A DNA stretch of 61,574 bases, the filler included, from Basidiobolus ranarum (taxonomy: Eukaryota): NCBI GenBank assembly GCA_040143965.1. It is 3 parts of 3 records of this genome, joined end to end, with 100 filler letters (N's around TTAATTAATTAA, not from the genome) between each part and the next. Parts side by side here need not be neighbours in the genome. Positions count along the whole stretch, not along the records: positions 1 to 20,505 come from JASJQH010007102.1; positions 20,606 to 41,098 come from JASJQH010007103.1; 1 more part is not named here. The stretch is one strand, 5' to 3'. Numbering within the stretch: the first letter of the stretch is position 1; each line of letters starts with the position of its first letter. Below the pieces are notes generated by a model, which saw only the letters and a program-made list of their open reading frames with translations, had not been told where the DNA came from and did no database searches. The position numbers were made by a program, and so were the translations under genes. Below are positions 11,733 through 25,790 of this stretch, in pieces.

Positions 11733-12422
11733 GGATAATGCTACATGTCAAATGAGCTCGTCGGGATCATTCAGCCATCCTTTTGTCAATAGTCTTTTAA
11801 TAATTATGAGTGTATATATAACTTTATACTAGAAGAAAACATGGAGATACTTTCCAATTTTTCGCGTACTCTAATGATTTATTGAACCTAAAATCAACTC
11901 GGCTTCGAGCGACAACGCTTCTTTATACCAAATGCCATTTACTTACCACTGTTTTTGACCCACAACAACTCTTACTAGCCGGCGTTTGTTAAGTAGGCTC
12001 TACATGTTGCATTTCTCACATCCACTTCGTTTATTCGTTGATTGTAACTCAGGTAAAACATCTAATTTCGGTAATAAACAGATCATCTATATTCAGCACC
12101 ACCTCATTTCTCATGAAACTTTCCCATTTTGATTAGAACATTCTCTTCGAAAAGATCAATTGTATATATGAACTCCAATGGTATATGTTTTACCGATCTG
12201 TGCAAGAGCCTAATGTTACGTAAGATCTATCTTTTTATACAGCTGCAGGGATCAACAACAACTTTGTTAAATGGAATTGATTGAACCAGATTCAGAAATA
12301 TGAGATTGACTTGATTAGGTTTACCATAGCTCTGGTGTGCATATATGCTTTTCCTATTTATTGAAGTATTAAAGTCACCATCCAACCCTACTTTTACCTA
12401 GAATTATTTCCGGTCTTCGAGC

Positions 12423-14096
12423 ATGGGAAATAAGCATTCTTCCAAATCTAGAGAACACCATTCTAGTAAAAAGCATACAGCAAATAAGCCGAAACAAATA
12501 CAGACTTTGACCTCAGCAGAAAGTAATCAAGATCACAATGTATCGCCTGTCGAACTGGCCAATATTAACCGAGTTTTTCAAAGTCTGAAAAAAGAAGTAA
12601 ATGGTGTCAGTATAATACCAGAAGAAACATTCCAGGTAACTCATCAGAATATAAAAAAGAAAGAAATTTCTGCACTTGCTTATTGGTACAATCTTTCTTA
12701 GGTCTTTATTGGTTTGCCCAAAGAATTAAATCTACCTCACATTTTATATGGTCCCTTTTGTAAGCTTCCAAGCATGTTAAAGGGTGCACCTCAAGATACT
12801 ACTCCCGGCTTGACATACGATTGTTTAAAAACCTCCGCCGCTTTTTACTGTGAACAACATAAAGATTTTCCTACAGGATGTAAAGAAAGAATTGGAATCT
12901 TTTTCGAAACTTTAGCTGAGCCAGTTAAGGAGGGAGAAGAAACTCAAGTCTCTTTTGGACATATATATGATGTATTGGCTGGAACCTTTTGGGTTATGAA
13001 AACGTACTTTGCTAATCAACTACAAGATACCCTCTTAGGAGATGAACCTCACCAACCAGTCACCGTACCGACTTATGAGCCAGCAATAGAACTAGTAGTG
13101 ACACAATTGGCAATTTATCAACGAAAAGCACAGAAAGATGATAAAAACTTCAGTATGTTCTCCTCTAATGAGTTGATAAGTCGAACCGTTTTTGAGCATT
13201 TCGTAGAGCGCAATATACCCATTTTCCTGATGGTATGGAGAGCATATATTTACGCCAAAGTTTATTTGAGTGAAACTGATGGGCCTAGAGTTGGTAGACA
13301 TATATTTGGGGGCAAAGATGTATTACCCAAGTATAACTTTTCTTCCGAAATTTTGAAACTAGGTGATGTTTGTATGTTATGTTGTTTCCTCCCATCATCG
13401 GTAATTCAAGGTATTACTTGGAATACTTTATATAACGGCTCAGAACATGGGTATAGCATGAATCGTTTGGAGACTAGAGTATTTAAATACCCGGGACCCA
13501 CTATGCTCGTGGCAAAGGTTTTCATAACTAAGGTAGAAGGAACTTCCAGAGGAAATCTCACTAAAGGCAGCGAAATGATAATTGGTGCATACATCAACGA
13601 ACCCTGGCGTTTTTCTAAACAGTTTTGGGGCAGTAGCGAATGCAAATTATTTGAATTATCTCCACATTTTGAGGTATTCCCTTCCAATGGTCGAACTGAT
13701 TCTCACGTATATTGTCATTCTTCGCAAGGAATTGGATTTGGAGGTAAATGCGGAAAATTCCAACTATACTTTGATAATACCTTTCAGTCAGGGAAATTCG
13801 TGAATGACCCGTTGTTAGACAATATAACATATACCCTGTCACACTCTCGTCCGGATTTCCAGATTGAATTCGATGTCATGGAAATTGAAGTTATTGGACT
13901 TGGTGGTGAACAAGCAAAGAAACAACAAAGTAGAGAATGGAAATTCGAAGCAAATGAGGCTAATCGTCGTGGCAACGTAAATCTCGCCAATAAAAATCAG
14001 AGCAGGCAAATCCTTGAAATGGCAGGGATATTGGATACTTCAGCGGGAGAATTAGAAATGATGCGTGGACAATCAGAAGAAAAAGAGATTCTCTAA
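12423..14096 (+). CDS. TLDc-domain protein (Rtc5/MEAK7-like) with putative N-myristoylation motif
   Basis: MGNKHS start; in-frame intron 12636-12701; TLDc motifs LYNGSEHGYSMNRL, FWGSSECKLFELSP, EIEVIGLG. Confidence 0.8.
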
Positions 14097-14741
14097 TGAA
14101 TAGTTCAGACATTCTTGGATGGTAATCGTTAAGCCTTGCATGTATTTAGATAAATATACAATACTCCAGATTTCATATTAAAAATATCTAAAAACCAGTG
14201 GACTCAGCAAATGTTCGTCAGTACCATGTGACTTGAAATCAGACAAAATTTAACAATACTCGCTTCAATCAGAAGACGTGGAGATGCCAAATCAGTAAAA
14301 CTTACTAATAATTACATCAAACTTTAGGCTGAATTCATTTACTTCACCTGGATAAATTAAACAACCCATATAGCCCAATATGAAAACTTCATATAGAAAA
14401 TCCGCTTCCATTAAGATCAAAAATCAAATGATCAATCGTTGATTTATATAATGACTCATTAAGTGTAAAGAGAAGTATAGAATACACCAAACTTGGGCGC
14501 TTCATTGGATATGGGATACTGGGTGTGATTACATGGGATATTTGCCTTTTTGAGAGGCAGGTAAAAAGGTACCAGGATCATTCAGAAATTAAATAATGAA
14601 CTGCAATCGATTGGTAAGCGATGTTGTGTCTAGACAAAAAATAATCTGAAAGTCTGGAAGCAATATTTATCGTACAAAGTTTGTTCGCGCAGGGAAGATT
14701 AATGCTATGTACAACGTGTTGGAGTCTCCCCGTAACAAGAG

Positions 14742-15774
14742 TTAATAATCGTGTTTTTTACGTTTAAGGTGATTTTCAATTTGAATTTTGCAGTCTTTAT
14801 CGAGATGCGTTAACAATCCTGTCAGTCCGTCAAAACGACACCGAAATCCATTTTTAGCCATGAGATAAGTAAAAGCGGCTTGATCTTGTCGATGGTTAGC
14901 GCGACTGGATCCCACTGGTGCAATGCATTCTTTCATAAGGCCGCACTGAGCCCACGGTCTAATCACCTTGTCCATAACAGTTGAGTTCTTGGAGTCAAAG
15001 GCAATAAAAGCCCCGTTGCAGTTGACAAATTCCGTGTAATGCTCCATAGAGTCAGTGAAATACTCTATCATTCCGGGGTGTGTGAAGTCTGGAATGGTTC
15101 CCTTACTAGGTGGACTGAATATGCCATACTTCTCCACATAGCTGACGACATCCAATAAGAAATGAGGAAAAGCGCGGTCACCAGAATCCATCCAAAGGAT
15201 CACTCCAGGATAGCGTTGGGCCGCCTCATGGATTATACCGGTCTTCCAGCCATACTCACCTCTATTAATATGAACACTCCAGAAGGAGGGATATTTAGTG
15301 TAGTCAAAAGTCACTAGCTCATGGAAATATCCTTGTTTTTGAAATTCTTTAAGTGTGGCTCTTTGTCCCTCGCCTATTCCCAAATCATACACCACTATTT
15401 TTGGTTGTGCAGAAGCGGGCATGAACCGGAGAGTATCTTGCAACGTGTACAGATAACTTTGAAGAGGGCAAAAGTGATTAGCACTTGCAGCTGTCACAAT
15501 GGTATATCTGTATCCAGAAGGATTTTCTAGAATTTACAAAAGGGTCAAAACAAATATTTGGATACAATATGCATAAGAGATACATACCTGTTAGATAGGA
15601 CAACTCGGTATCCACATCACTCACATAACGTGAGCCGAAGTAAACCAGGCCACAGATAATTAATACCGCCTGTATTATGAAGAAAATCTTGAGAGATTTA
15701 GAGACCTTGGACTTGTTTGCCCTAGAAGAGTGTTCTTCTGAGGGAAGAAGTGGTTCCTCGATATATTTCGCCAT
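14742..15774 (-). CDS. Type II membrane protein, DUF1647/glycosyltransferase-like
   Basis: N-terminal TM helix; intron 15527-15587; motifs VTAASANHF, VVYDLG, YGWK, LWMDSG, CIAPVGSSRANHRQDQA. Confidence 0.7.
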
Positions 15775-17607
15775 GTCTTGTCAAAGTTGGAAAAAGAAGG
15801 TGTGGGGACAATTTATAAAAAAACGAGATTTGGATATGAACACAGATCTAATATTTATGAGGGTTCCGATTTAAGAAGGTACCATGGAATGGTCAAGGTT
15901 ATATTAGAAGGTACTTTGAGCATAGTCTCATTAGTTTAGGAGTCATTTGATTGATTGACTTTTCAATTAATCTACAAGTGGGTATCGATTGACTGAAGGG
16001 GTGTTTGTTGGTTGAATCAATGTGCTTAACGGCGTTCAATCCGAGCTACTACGTCATAACTCTTTAGGTAACACTTGTAACGCCGACTTTTAAATTGGCG
16101 ACTGCCCAAAGTAATTTGAATGTTCTTCCCCATTTTATAATCATATTTATTTTCGCGATGATTAAGATGCAGATGTATTTATAGTTTCTGAAAACGAACT
16201 CAATTCGCCAGCCATATTTAGATTCTGCATATAGTAATATTGTATTCCGCCCAACGTTCAGTGTAACAAATTGTGCAGAATGAAAGATCACATCTACATA
16301 GATCTGAAGTGCTTACCGTATATGCTGGTATTTAACACACGCTACTTTTTTGGAAGAATTTTTGATATTCAATGGCGCTTTGTCAGAACGTGGCGTCCAC
16401 ACTGCAATCCATTGAGTGAAACAAACGCGTTCAAATAACCAAGAATCTATGGCATACTTCCGGGTGACTATCGTGCAATCCAAAGAAACTTCCAGTAAAC
16501 GATCAACGCTATAGTTCATATACTGAGGAAGCAATAGTGTGGGGATCTCTTGCCAACGTAAAGAGTTACAAGTTTATGTATTTTCATCCAGCTTGGGGTA
16601 GTTACAGAGTTTACCTACTCTTCACCTCTATTATATAACATTCAATCATTCGGAGAAAATCCTCGAGGAGAGCGAGTTAGGTAAATCCTGAGGAGTAGTT
16701 GTCATGGACCCAACTTTCCACCATTACATTTACTTTCAATACTTTGTCAGTTGGCTTCTTTCTGCAGCATCACCTTTCAAATATCCATTCTTCAGTGTAC
16801 GCGATGTTCTCCACTTTTACTTAATTTTGTTTCATAGTGTATTATGTTCAGTAAACTATGTTCAACAGTCTAGTAAGAAAGATACAAGTCAAGTTCGAGT
16901 TAGAGGATGCTGGTAGACTGGAGTACCGCTCCAGATAAATGCGAAGAAGTGAGAGCAACCTTCGATACCATCTTTCAAATCACTTTTTTAGTATTCCCCA
17001 CGATACAAACTTTCCTCAAGATTATTGAAATTAGCCACCACCTCTCGAAATATGAACCGATTATCCTAGAGACAAGTCTCAGCCCATGTATTTCCGGAAG
17101 TTCTATCTCTCATTTTGATTTCAGAACGTCTAACAACTTTTCAGACCTTTATGGAGGATGGTGATGTCTCTTTATAGGAAGGCGTAGAAATTGTACTGGT
17201 GAATCAATTGGACCTAGTGTTCTCAAAACGTTAGGGTACACAACGAATCCTAACGTCAAGCTATTATCAGGGGTTTTCTTTTCAGCCTCATCACTGTGCG
17301 GTGGAGGAAGTGTTTGTTGCACTCATTTCACCTATTTGCTTATCATTCTAGCTTCAATATACAAATATTTATCAATGTAATTGTTTCCACCAGCTTAATT
17401 TATACATTCGTATGCCATTCATGAATTTGTGCGGTTTCCTTAAACAGTTTGTACTTTAATTTCTCAGATTTAGATTGCTATAGATTTCTAATGTGTTTTT
17501 AATAAATATGCGATATTTGCACTTGGGATCTCAAAAATTTTCCTCTTCTGGTTTTCGTGGTGATGGTGTGCGATTTTGTGTGATAAACCTTTAGTAGTTA
17601 ATGCACA

Positions 17608-19299
17608 ATGCTTTGTAGTAGTAGACAATTTCATCACACCCTTAGGACACGTATCAACTATACGGCAATATTCCTTAATGAAGGTTTAAAGCGTGGATAT
17701 ACCAGCGAGTCGATAGAAACAGGGATTCCTCAAAGGTTACCTAAAAGAAAGGTAGCCTTACTACTGAGTTTTTGTGGAACTGGCTATCAAGGGATGCAAA
17801 AGTAATTCTAAGCCATTTTAGTTTTCGTTTATCTAACCTAACTGAAGGTTGAATTTTTTCTCACTCTTTTCAACATAGAAATCCTAATGCGAGAACCATC
17901 GAGAGTGAACTTTTTAATGCTCTTGTGGCTGCAGGTGCGGTTTCGGAAGAGAACTCTTCAGATCAAAATAAAGTATTTGGTTTCTCGTTTGATATTTTGT
18001 TTGATATTTTTGAAGTTCAATTGGCTAATTTTTCGTATGGTATTTTAAGGTAAGTTTGACGCGTGCTGCTAGAACTGACAAAGGTGTTCACGCTGCCGGA
18101 CAAGTGGTTTCTTTGAAGATGATTATTAGTGATCCTCAGATAGTGCCTCGAATTAATCAACATTTACCAGAAAACATACGGGTTTGGGGTATTGTAGTAT
18201 ATGGATGTTTTAGTTACTCAATTCATGTTCGAGAGTTAACCATGGTTTTGTAAATTAGATTACGTTCGAGTACCAAAATCGTTTAATCCAAAGAATTTCT
18301 GCGAATCCCGTATCTACAGTTACCTTCTCCCAACACATGTTCTAATGTCAACCACAGAAAATGCTATCCAAGTCGTGGATACTTTGAAGGAAGACGGTGA
18401 AAGGCAAGTGCCTGTCACAACCGAAGAGGAACGTATCGTGCAGAGACAGTTTAGAATTTCCTCTGAAAAGCTAGATATTCTTAAGAATTTAAGTGAAAGA
18501 TTTATTGGAACTCACAATTTTCACAACTACACCATTGGTAAATCTTATACCGATACGAGTGCCAAAAGATACATCACGAAATTTGAGGTAAATTTTGATT
18601 AGTCATACGAACTTATCTCTTCGTCGCTTTAACTCAGGATCATAGTGTTCAGAGCCACTAATTATTGATGGTATGGAGTGGGTGAACTTTCAAGTCCAGG
18701 GACAGGCGTTTATGCTGCATCAAATCCGAAAAATGATAGGTAGTTCGCCCATTTACCTATCTATTGAACCAACTCCCTCATATTTATGGTCACGTTAAAC
18801 ATAGGCCTGATTATCCTAACAACTAGATCCAACTCTCCACTTTCATTAATTGAGGATAGTTTTCGCGAGCCTAAACTTAACGTTCCCAAAGCACCCGGTA
18901 TCGGCCTGGTTTTAGAGAGAGTTAGTAGGTCTTTTATTCTACCTGTTATTCAAATAACTAATATTCAAAATATAGCCTTTGTTTACGACATATAACAAAA
19001 CTGCGGTAGCCCAAGGCAAAAGACCGATTGATTTCAGTCTATACAAGGTGACCTTCCATTCCCGCAAATATATCTCATATACCTTTTCTGATTGCCCATT
19101 TCTAATTAAAGGATCAAATCGAAGAGTTCAAACGAAACCATATCATGAGTAGCGTAACTACCTTGGCTGTTGAAAACGATAGGTTAGTTGTATTTCGGTA
19201 ACCTTTTGTAATGAAACTCGAGTACTTAAATTTTCAACCAGTTTCGATCAGTGGATAAAATCACTCTACACCTTTCCAGAGTCATTTGATTACTTATAA
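17608..19299 (+). CDS. PUS1: tRNA pseudouridine synthase Pus1/TruA family, multi-exon
   Basis: [30 protein letters not shown] (catalytic D), [34 protein letters not shown]; ends FDYL* at 19299. Confidence 0.9.
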
Positions 19300-19887
19300 T
19301 GCCCATTCTAGTCTTGTTTTAGCCTTAAGCCCTATAATAAATCTATACCTAGTTACACTTGCAACCATAAAACCTTTTGCGAAATTGCTGACGCTCCTTG
19401 AGAGCATTGGCCATATATTGTGGTTGAAGGGGTTCTTGGCTACGTTCTATGAGAGCATTATCAATAGACTTTTGTTGGATAGTATCCCACAAGAATTTTG
19501 TTAGTTCACTCAAAGGGGTGCTCGTTTTCAACTGGAATGCATATGTTTTTTGGTTAAATCAAATTGAAAAGTGGTACTTTCAGGGGAAATTTGAAATAAT
19601 TTTATCAATATATTGGCATCTTTGAAGTTGATATACACTTTTGTTGTCAGTTTCTTTGTAAATTAAGAGGACAATTGAACTCAAATTTCAAACTTAGAAG
19701 GATTCCCCAAGTTTCATCTATGAATAAACAAGAGAAATAACTAATGTTGAAAGTGAAAACGAATAGAAAAGTACATGAATACGAAAGGAAAAAATTCAAG
19801 CAGAGTTGTAAACATCGTCGAATTTCAAACCAAGAAAAATTAAGGTGTGATATTGAACAAGAGTAAGTGTAAATTTTGCTTTTCTTT

Positions 19888-20505
19888 TTAAATACTAGAT
19901 TCAGTTGCTGAGGTAGACTCAGGAATCGACTCTATGCAATGTTTAGGAAAAACTCCTTTGACACGACCTCGAGTTTCATTAATGCCTTGTACCCAACCAT
20001 CATCATATTCCACTATAACAGTTACTTGATCACCTGGGAATATCTCCAATTCGTCACCCAAAGTAGGTGTATATGTGTTGCTGACAATGTACGTCTTATG
20101 CAAGTGAGGCGGTGGCAATTTAGCGTCTTCAAAAATGTTGGAATCAAATCCACTACTACTATATCTGCCAGAAAGCTGGGATATTGCGTGCTTTTTGGAT
20201 TGCTGTCGACGATACATTAGCATAGCAAGGCCAGCAACTCCCACCACGACTACCGCCGCTATCCCTCCAATCATACCAGAAGAAATCTTGGCGGAATTCA
20301 TCTCATCTCCATTGTTAACCTGACCTTTTAATATTTCGTCAGAGACTGGTGAATTATCCGAGGGATTGGCAGCAAGAGGTTTTTTGGGAGGCGTGGGATC
20401 TAGAAGAAATTGACCAAAAATAAATCAGAATATTTACACGATTTCCTTTAGTAGATGAAATCTAACCTGATTTTAAAGCACTTCATGTCACTAAGGAGTT
20501 AACTT
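19888..20505 (-). CDS. Single-pass membrane protein with C-terminal SH3 domain (5' part lost in gap)
   Basis: TM GMIGGIAAVVVVGVAGLAMLMY followed by SH3 YTPTLGDELEIFPGD..YDDGWVQG..GVFPKHCI. Confidence 0.8.
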
Positions 20506-20605
20506 NNNNNNNNNNNNNNNNNNNNNNNNNNNNNNNNNNNNNNNNNNNNTTAATTAATTAANNNNNNNNNNNNNNNNNNNNNNNNNNNNNNNNNNNNNNN
20601 NNNNN
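20506..20605. other. Assembly gap with artificial TTAATTAATTAA linker
   Basis: N44-TTAATTAATTAA-N44; the linker places stop codons in all six frames. Confidence 0.95.
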
Positions 20606-22262
20606 ACATCTCCAGGAACAAGATCAGAGGTAGATAGCTTAGTCCATTTGTCGTCACGAAGAATAACGCATTCGCTCTGGTGTTCGGCCATCTTCTTCAC
20701 ACGACGTTCAGAGTTCAATCTGGTGAACACACGAATTAAGGCGGAGATAAGGATGACACAAGTATCCACGAGACCGATGTAATAGTAATTGAAATAGTAG
20801 AATAACCACAAAATCATAATCTGGTACAAATAGAAGAGTGAAGTGAATTCTTGTAAGAGGGCAACTGGGAACGATGGCACATCAACTCGGATGAAATTTT
20901 CACCAATCAATTCACGTCGATGCATAACAGTTTCATTCTTTAGTCCTCCACTCAGTCCGACTAAATCATAATTTCTATCACCAACCTCCACATTGAAAGG
21001 TTTGTAGACGGCAAGATGATCATCGTAGACATAACGGGTGCACTGGAATTCAAAGTAACGACGTCCTAGAGTTGTAGCCTTCACTTCCGAGGTGGTGACG
21101 TGGAAATTCCACTTGAACATTCCCTTAACTTTGTTTTCAATTAGGGATACCAAATTCAATAATCTGCTATTATCGTTCAAGAGAATTGTTGTTGCTAACG
21201 GCTTCTCAATCTGTATAAATTGGCAATGAGTAGCGTCAGATCTAATGCGGAAAAAGTCTCTGATCCGGGCGCGAGTTGCGTTCATCATTAAAAACCAAAG
21301 AGCGGATAGATACCAGACGATCATGAAAACGTACATTGACAGATCAGAATCGCCATAAAATAGTCCGTAGTTTACGCCATTAATTGAGCCATAGTAATCG
21401 GCAGTGATAACAGCTAACCAGACTAACCATGCCAAAGCCATAAAGATCACTGAATAGAAGCCGAGGAAACCAAAGTAATCGTTACGGTACCCAGTCAGAC
21501 TGAAGTCATCGGAATCTGAACCATCTTCTACTTCGGTAACCTTCTCTTTTTCCACTTTTTCAGTGGGCTCCTTAGCGCTTCTTAAAGAGTCAGCACTTGT
21601 AATTTGACCGACTCCTCTTTCACGCATGGTTTTATATAGAGTCCAGAATCCTAGTATAGCGGCTTCCACTCCAATAATTACCCAAGCAACTATCCACATT
21701 GGTTCTCTATAAGTGAAATGCCCCTTGATAGCAGTTTTTGGGCAGCTTAACCAAGTTCTGTCACCGGTAAATCCAGCTGACCAAATCGGAACATTAGAGA
21801 GTCCTAATTCGGTGGTACAAGCCTCGACAATTTGTTTGTCACCTTCCTTGGGATTGTATTGAGGGACGGTAACAGCTTTAGCACCAAGACAAGGGATCAA
21901 GTTGGAGTTCGAGCCATCACAGCTACAAACACTAGTAACACCGCCACATGAGTCATGGCATTGACCATCTGCACAGTAACTCTTACCGGTTGGGCAAGTA
22001 GGAGCTAACTCGGAAGGGCACAAGCTGATATCAGCGACACAAAGTTTAGGACACTCAGCATTGTATTTAGTTTTCAGGGGGCATGCGTTGCCATTGGCAT
22101 CATGGGAATTTACTAATGATGGGAAGGGTTAGTGAAATGGAATCAACATGTACGATCTATTTCTCAGCACTTACTTGGCGTGAATGGTATGGCTAAAACC
22201 AAGGATAGGCAAAGCAGAATAACGGTAGTTACGACAGAAATATGTAACATTGGACTCCTCAT
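20606..22262 (-). CDS. P5-type (ATP13A-like) P-type ATPase, N-terminal part, with signal peptide and Cys-rich extension; truncated by gap
   Basis: RYFEFQCTRY, RRELIGENFIRVDVPSF..LLQEFTSLFYLYQ, LSTSDLVPGD. Exon 1 is 22175-22262 (MRSPMLHISVVTTVILLCLSLVLAIP); intron 22113-22174. Confidence 0.82.
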
Positions 22263-24947
22263 AGCGAATCGATATATCAATTCTTAGGTAATTCAGTATG
22301 AATCTATGTATTAAAGGTTCGCACGATGCCTGGAAGAGGAATAGATGCCAAGGAAGATGAGGAAGTTGATATTCACAGAAGGCGCCTGATGATAAATCAG
22401 TAGTGGGAGAGTCAGCTTATATAGCTGCCAATGGCCAAAGCCATATGGGCGACTCTGGTTACTGAGGCTATCTTCGTACACAAAATATTACCAATGGGCT
22501 ATCCATTTAGATCACGAACCATCTATCCAATGTCACAATTTTGACGTCAATCTGAATTCCAATGTCCTACTATGGTTGTTTTTCATCAAAAACTTCTTTT
22601 CAAATAAACCTTTAAGAGTTGTATGAGGTACTACGTCCTGGAATATTCCGTTTGAAGCTATTTCCGTATTAAGACCAATCATGTAGATGAATATATTAAA
22701 GAATCAACTTATTCAGGAAGAGAAAGCTAGTTAAGAGGTAGATTGTTATTCTTCCAAATATGGCGATATAGTATGCTGAAGCCTGGCAATACTATTTATT
22801 GGATATAGAAACACGCGATTACATCAGAAACGTGATTTTCTTTATTTGTTACCTAGGAGACTCTCCGATTGGACGATCTGGTCTAGCCAATGAATTACAA
22901 CTTCCTCACCTGTGAAGATCATAGTGTCATCCAAATATTGCATGCAATATTGGATATTTCAAGGTCAGGGTAAAGCGCTTGTACAGAACCTTCAATCAAG
23001 TCTACACGTCTCGTTTTGGAGAAGTGGTGATGGGTAGGTCACTAGGAAAGTCTTATGGAAAGCAATTCTGTCTGACAAGACCATCGTACTGCGACATCAG
23101 CCATCAGTCCCTATGCTAACCTTGTCATCAGTCTTCCTCTTTTTAGCTCTCGCATCTCCCAGAAGATGGCAATGATCATACGTCATTCGGGAATATCTCA
23201 TTCAGTAATTTGTCTAATTCAACTCCTAGGCTGTGAAGAAATTCATCTTCCATCCAATGGCGACTTGGTTCCTGGACTGCAAATGGGGCAGCTATGCGAT
23301 CCATTGGAGTAACGCTCCAAAAAGTTGTACTCTTGTTTATTGCCATTAAAGAATATTTGAGTTGATCTCATCAACCTCCATCTTGATTCATTCTTATCTC
23401 CAAATAAAATTCATTCTAAGACAGAAGCTCAATTAGAATAAAGCTGATTGATTTGCCCCTTTGACTTGGACGATGAGGTCATTGAACCCTTTTAATGTAC
23501 TACGACATAGGAAAAGGAAATCGCTCTGACATATTCCATTCAACGACTATCTGAATAACTCTAATGTATCCCAATTCGTTCTTATCTTTTGCAGCTTTTG
23601 TATACGCTTGAGACCTGCATTAGGGTTCTTCAATCAGAGAATCAGCGTCGTTTCTGTTAGCTATGATGTATGATAATATCTAGGTTAAGCTTTAGGCATT
23701 CGCCAGGTATTCCTGTGTAGGTGCAAAGCTCATATGATTGGCCATAGCTCCAGCTCTGGTTGTATGGAGAATGGAAAGGGTTGGCAAATTAATCTTGCTT
23801 ATCTTCAGCTTCCAAAAGCCTATCTAAACTAGAAACCTGAGATATAGTTTTTGTCGCTTCAAACACTGAATTATGAGTCTCGACCAATATAGTAAATATG
23901 CTTTAGTTTGCAACACATATACACATTAAAGAACTGTTTCTAAAGAGTCGTATCAACATATTAGTCGAGATGTATGGGTCGTTTGATAAAACAAGAAGGT
24001 GACTGTATAAGTATGGAACCTCTGGTGGGAGTCTGGAAAAAGTCATACTACCCTCTATACTTGCAAGAAAAGAACTTTCTATGAGAAGCTACAACAAGGA
24101 TATCTAAAAGCCGGTCCATTGTTGAATTTCAGATAGAACAACTGGCGACATGTGGAACATTACCAACGGATGCAATAATGAGAAGTAAACTGTCCATGCT
24201 GTCACTACTCATATCAATTTGTTTTATCGTACCTATACTAGCTCGTATTAACGGTCACGTAAATACTAAAAACAGAGAACTTCAAGATACAGTTTTGTAG
24301 AGTAGAGATTGGATGATACTGTCAAGGAAATATAGATTTCTTCTACCTTTTATGGCACTGCAAATAATTGATATGGCGATGTGAACTCGTGTCAATCCTA
24401 ACGGTTTATGTATTCAGTAATCAGTGAAAAAGACTCTCATCGGCCACGATTGTTGCTTCTCCTACAATATATTTGTGCTATTAAGTGACCATAGAAACTA
24501 CTTAAAGAATACTCTCTGTTTATATCAAGATTACATACATACACCTAGAGCTCACTTTGCAATATTAAGACAAGGTTAATACCCCTGACATGGTCAACGA
24601 GTGCAATAAAATAATTGCACAGTTTCTTGCTCTATAATTTTGAATAACAGGCCTCCCAATCATACGGATTCTACTGGATTATGATGCTCAGTAGATAAGC
24701 GGGAGGAAATGGAAGCTGAGGTTTGAAATATGATAGTTGTGTCATCAGCTTAGGTCTATGCTACAGTTGTAAAATACCTTGATGTTGGGGTGTAGAGCAT
24801 ATGTCATAAAGTGCTAAAGAAAATGAGAGACAGAGTACCCAAATTAAATTCCAATTAAAGAGAAACTTCTGTTCATTTCTGCACTATATGAGAGATGTTC
24901 AATAGTCTAGGATAGTCAAACTTGCTGTTAGTATGCATCCCCGAGAC

Positions 24948-25790
24948 TTCAAGTGCTGTAAAGCATTGGTCAAGGTTGAATCTGGCCCAAAGATGAAGAA
25001 TGATAGCGCTGACAATGGGGAGGAATTTATATCAAATATTTCATTCACTTTTGCTCTATGTATGAAATGAAACAAGGGATTTTTGTGTGTTATTTCTGAT
25101 AGAAAAAATGAGCAGACAAATGCTCAAATAGATCTTTAATAGTAATGGTAGTATTGATTTGTTTGACTGGAGTTTATCCAATCAGTTCCAGGCTGAGATA
25201 TATCAACTATAATCTATATTTGAAATTTATAACTAGCAAGTATCATATTAGTTACGTGACTATATTATACTTTTTTGAAACACTATATCAAGAGTGTCAG
25301 ACCAAGTAGGATCAAAACATGATTGAGAAAGCAAAGAATATCCATATAACAATGAACTAAAGAATACACACTATAAGATACTGGCTATAGGAAGCCAATC
25401 GGATCAATGGACATCTGCAGAGGACGAAAATTTTTTTAATTGAATCAATACACAGAACAATCAAAATTTGATGAGAATTAAATTTTTACTTATCTAATTG
25501 TGCTCAACGAATAATTTTATGTGGTTGCAAAAGTTGTCAATTTTTGCGTTGTCAATCTAGATAGATTTGATCTGTAACAGCTTATTATTCTGAAACAAAT
25601 AGGCACACAGGGCTTCAACCACCTTTTAAGGAATCCCAAACTATTTAGAAAGCTGTAAGTGACTCTAACACAGAGCTCTCAAAAACCGCAATGATCAAGA
25701 AGTATCAGCCTCTCCTATATAATTCCACTCAAAAGTAGAATAGCTTGCCGAGGATTTTAAATCAAATGGCTTCAACCTATGTGTAAAGAC
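24948..25790 (+). mobile_element. Ty1/copia retrotransposon pol relics
   Basis: 24948-25037 reads FKCCKALVKVESGPKMKNDSADNGEEFISN (integrase ..SDNGGEF.. like). From 25631 it reads ESQTI*KAVSDSNTELSKTAMIKKYQPLLYNST (pre-RT EPxT..EA..AM..E..L..N.T like). The INT-before-RT order is that of copia. Confidence 0.5.

Noticed and set aside
16300-17330. Broken ORF-like stretch, possibly a decayed retroelement
   Set aside because: No recognisable conserved motif.
20550-20561. TTAATTAATTAA palindrome (also at 41143-41154)
   Set aside because: Centred in identical N44 runs; an artificial scaffold linker, not biology. True gap sizes are unknown.
19888-22262. Possible P5-ATPase-SH3 fusion
   Set aside because: The parts are separated by an unsized gap, and the ATPase catalytic core is missing, so they are most likely separate genes.
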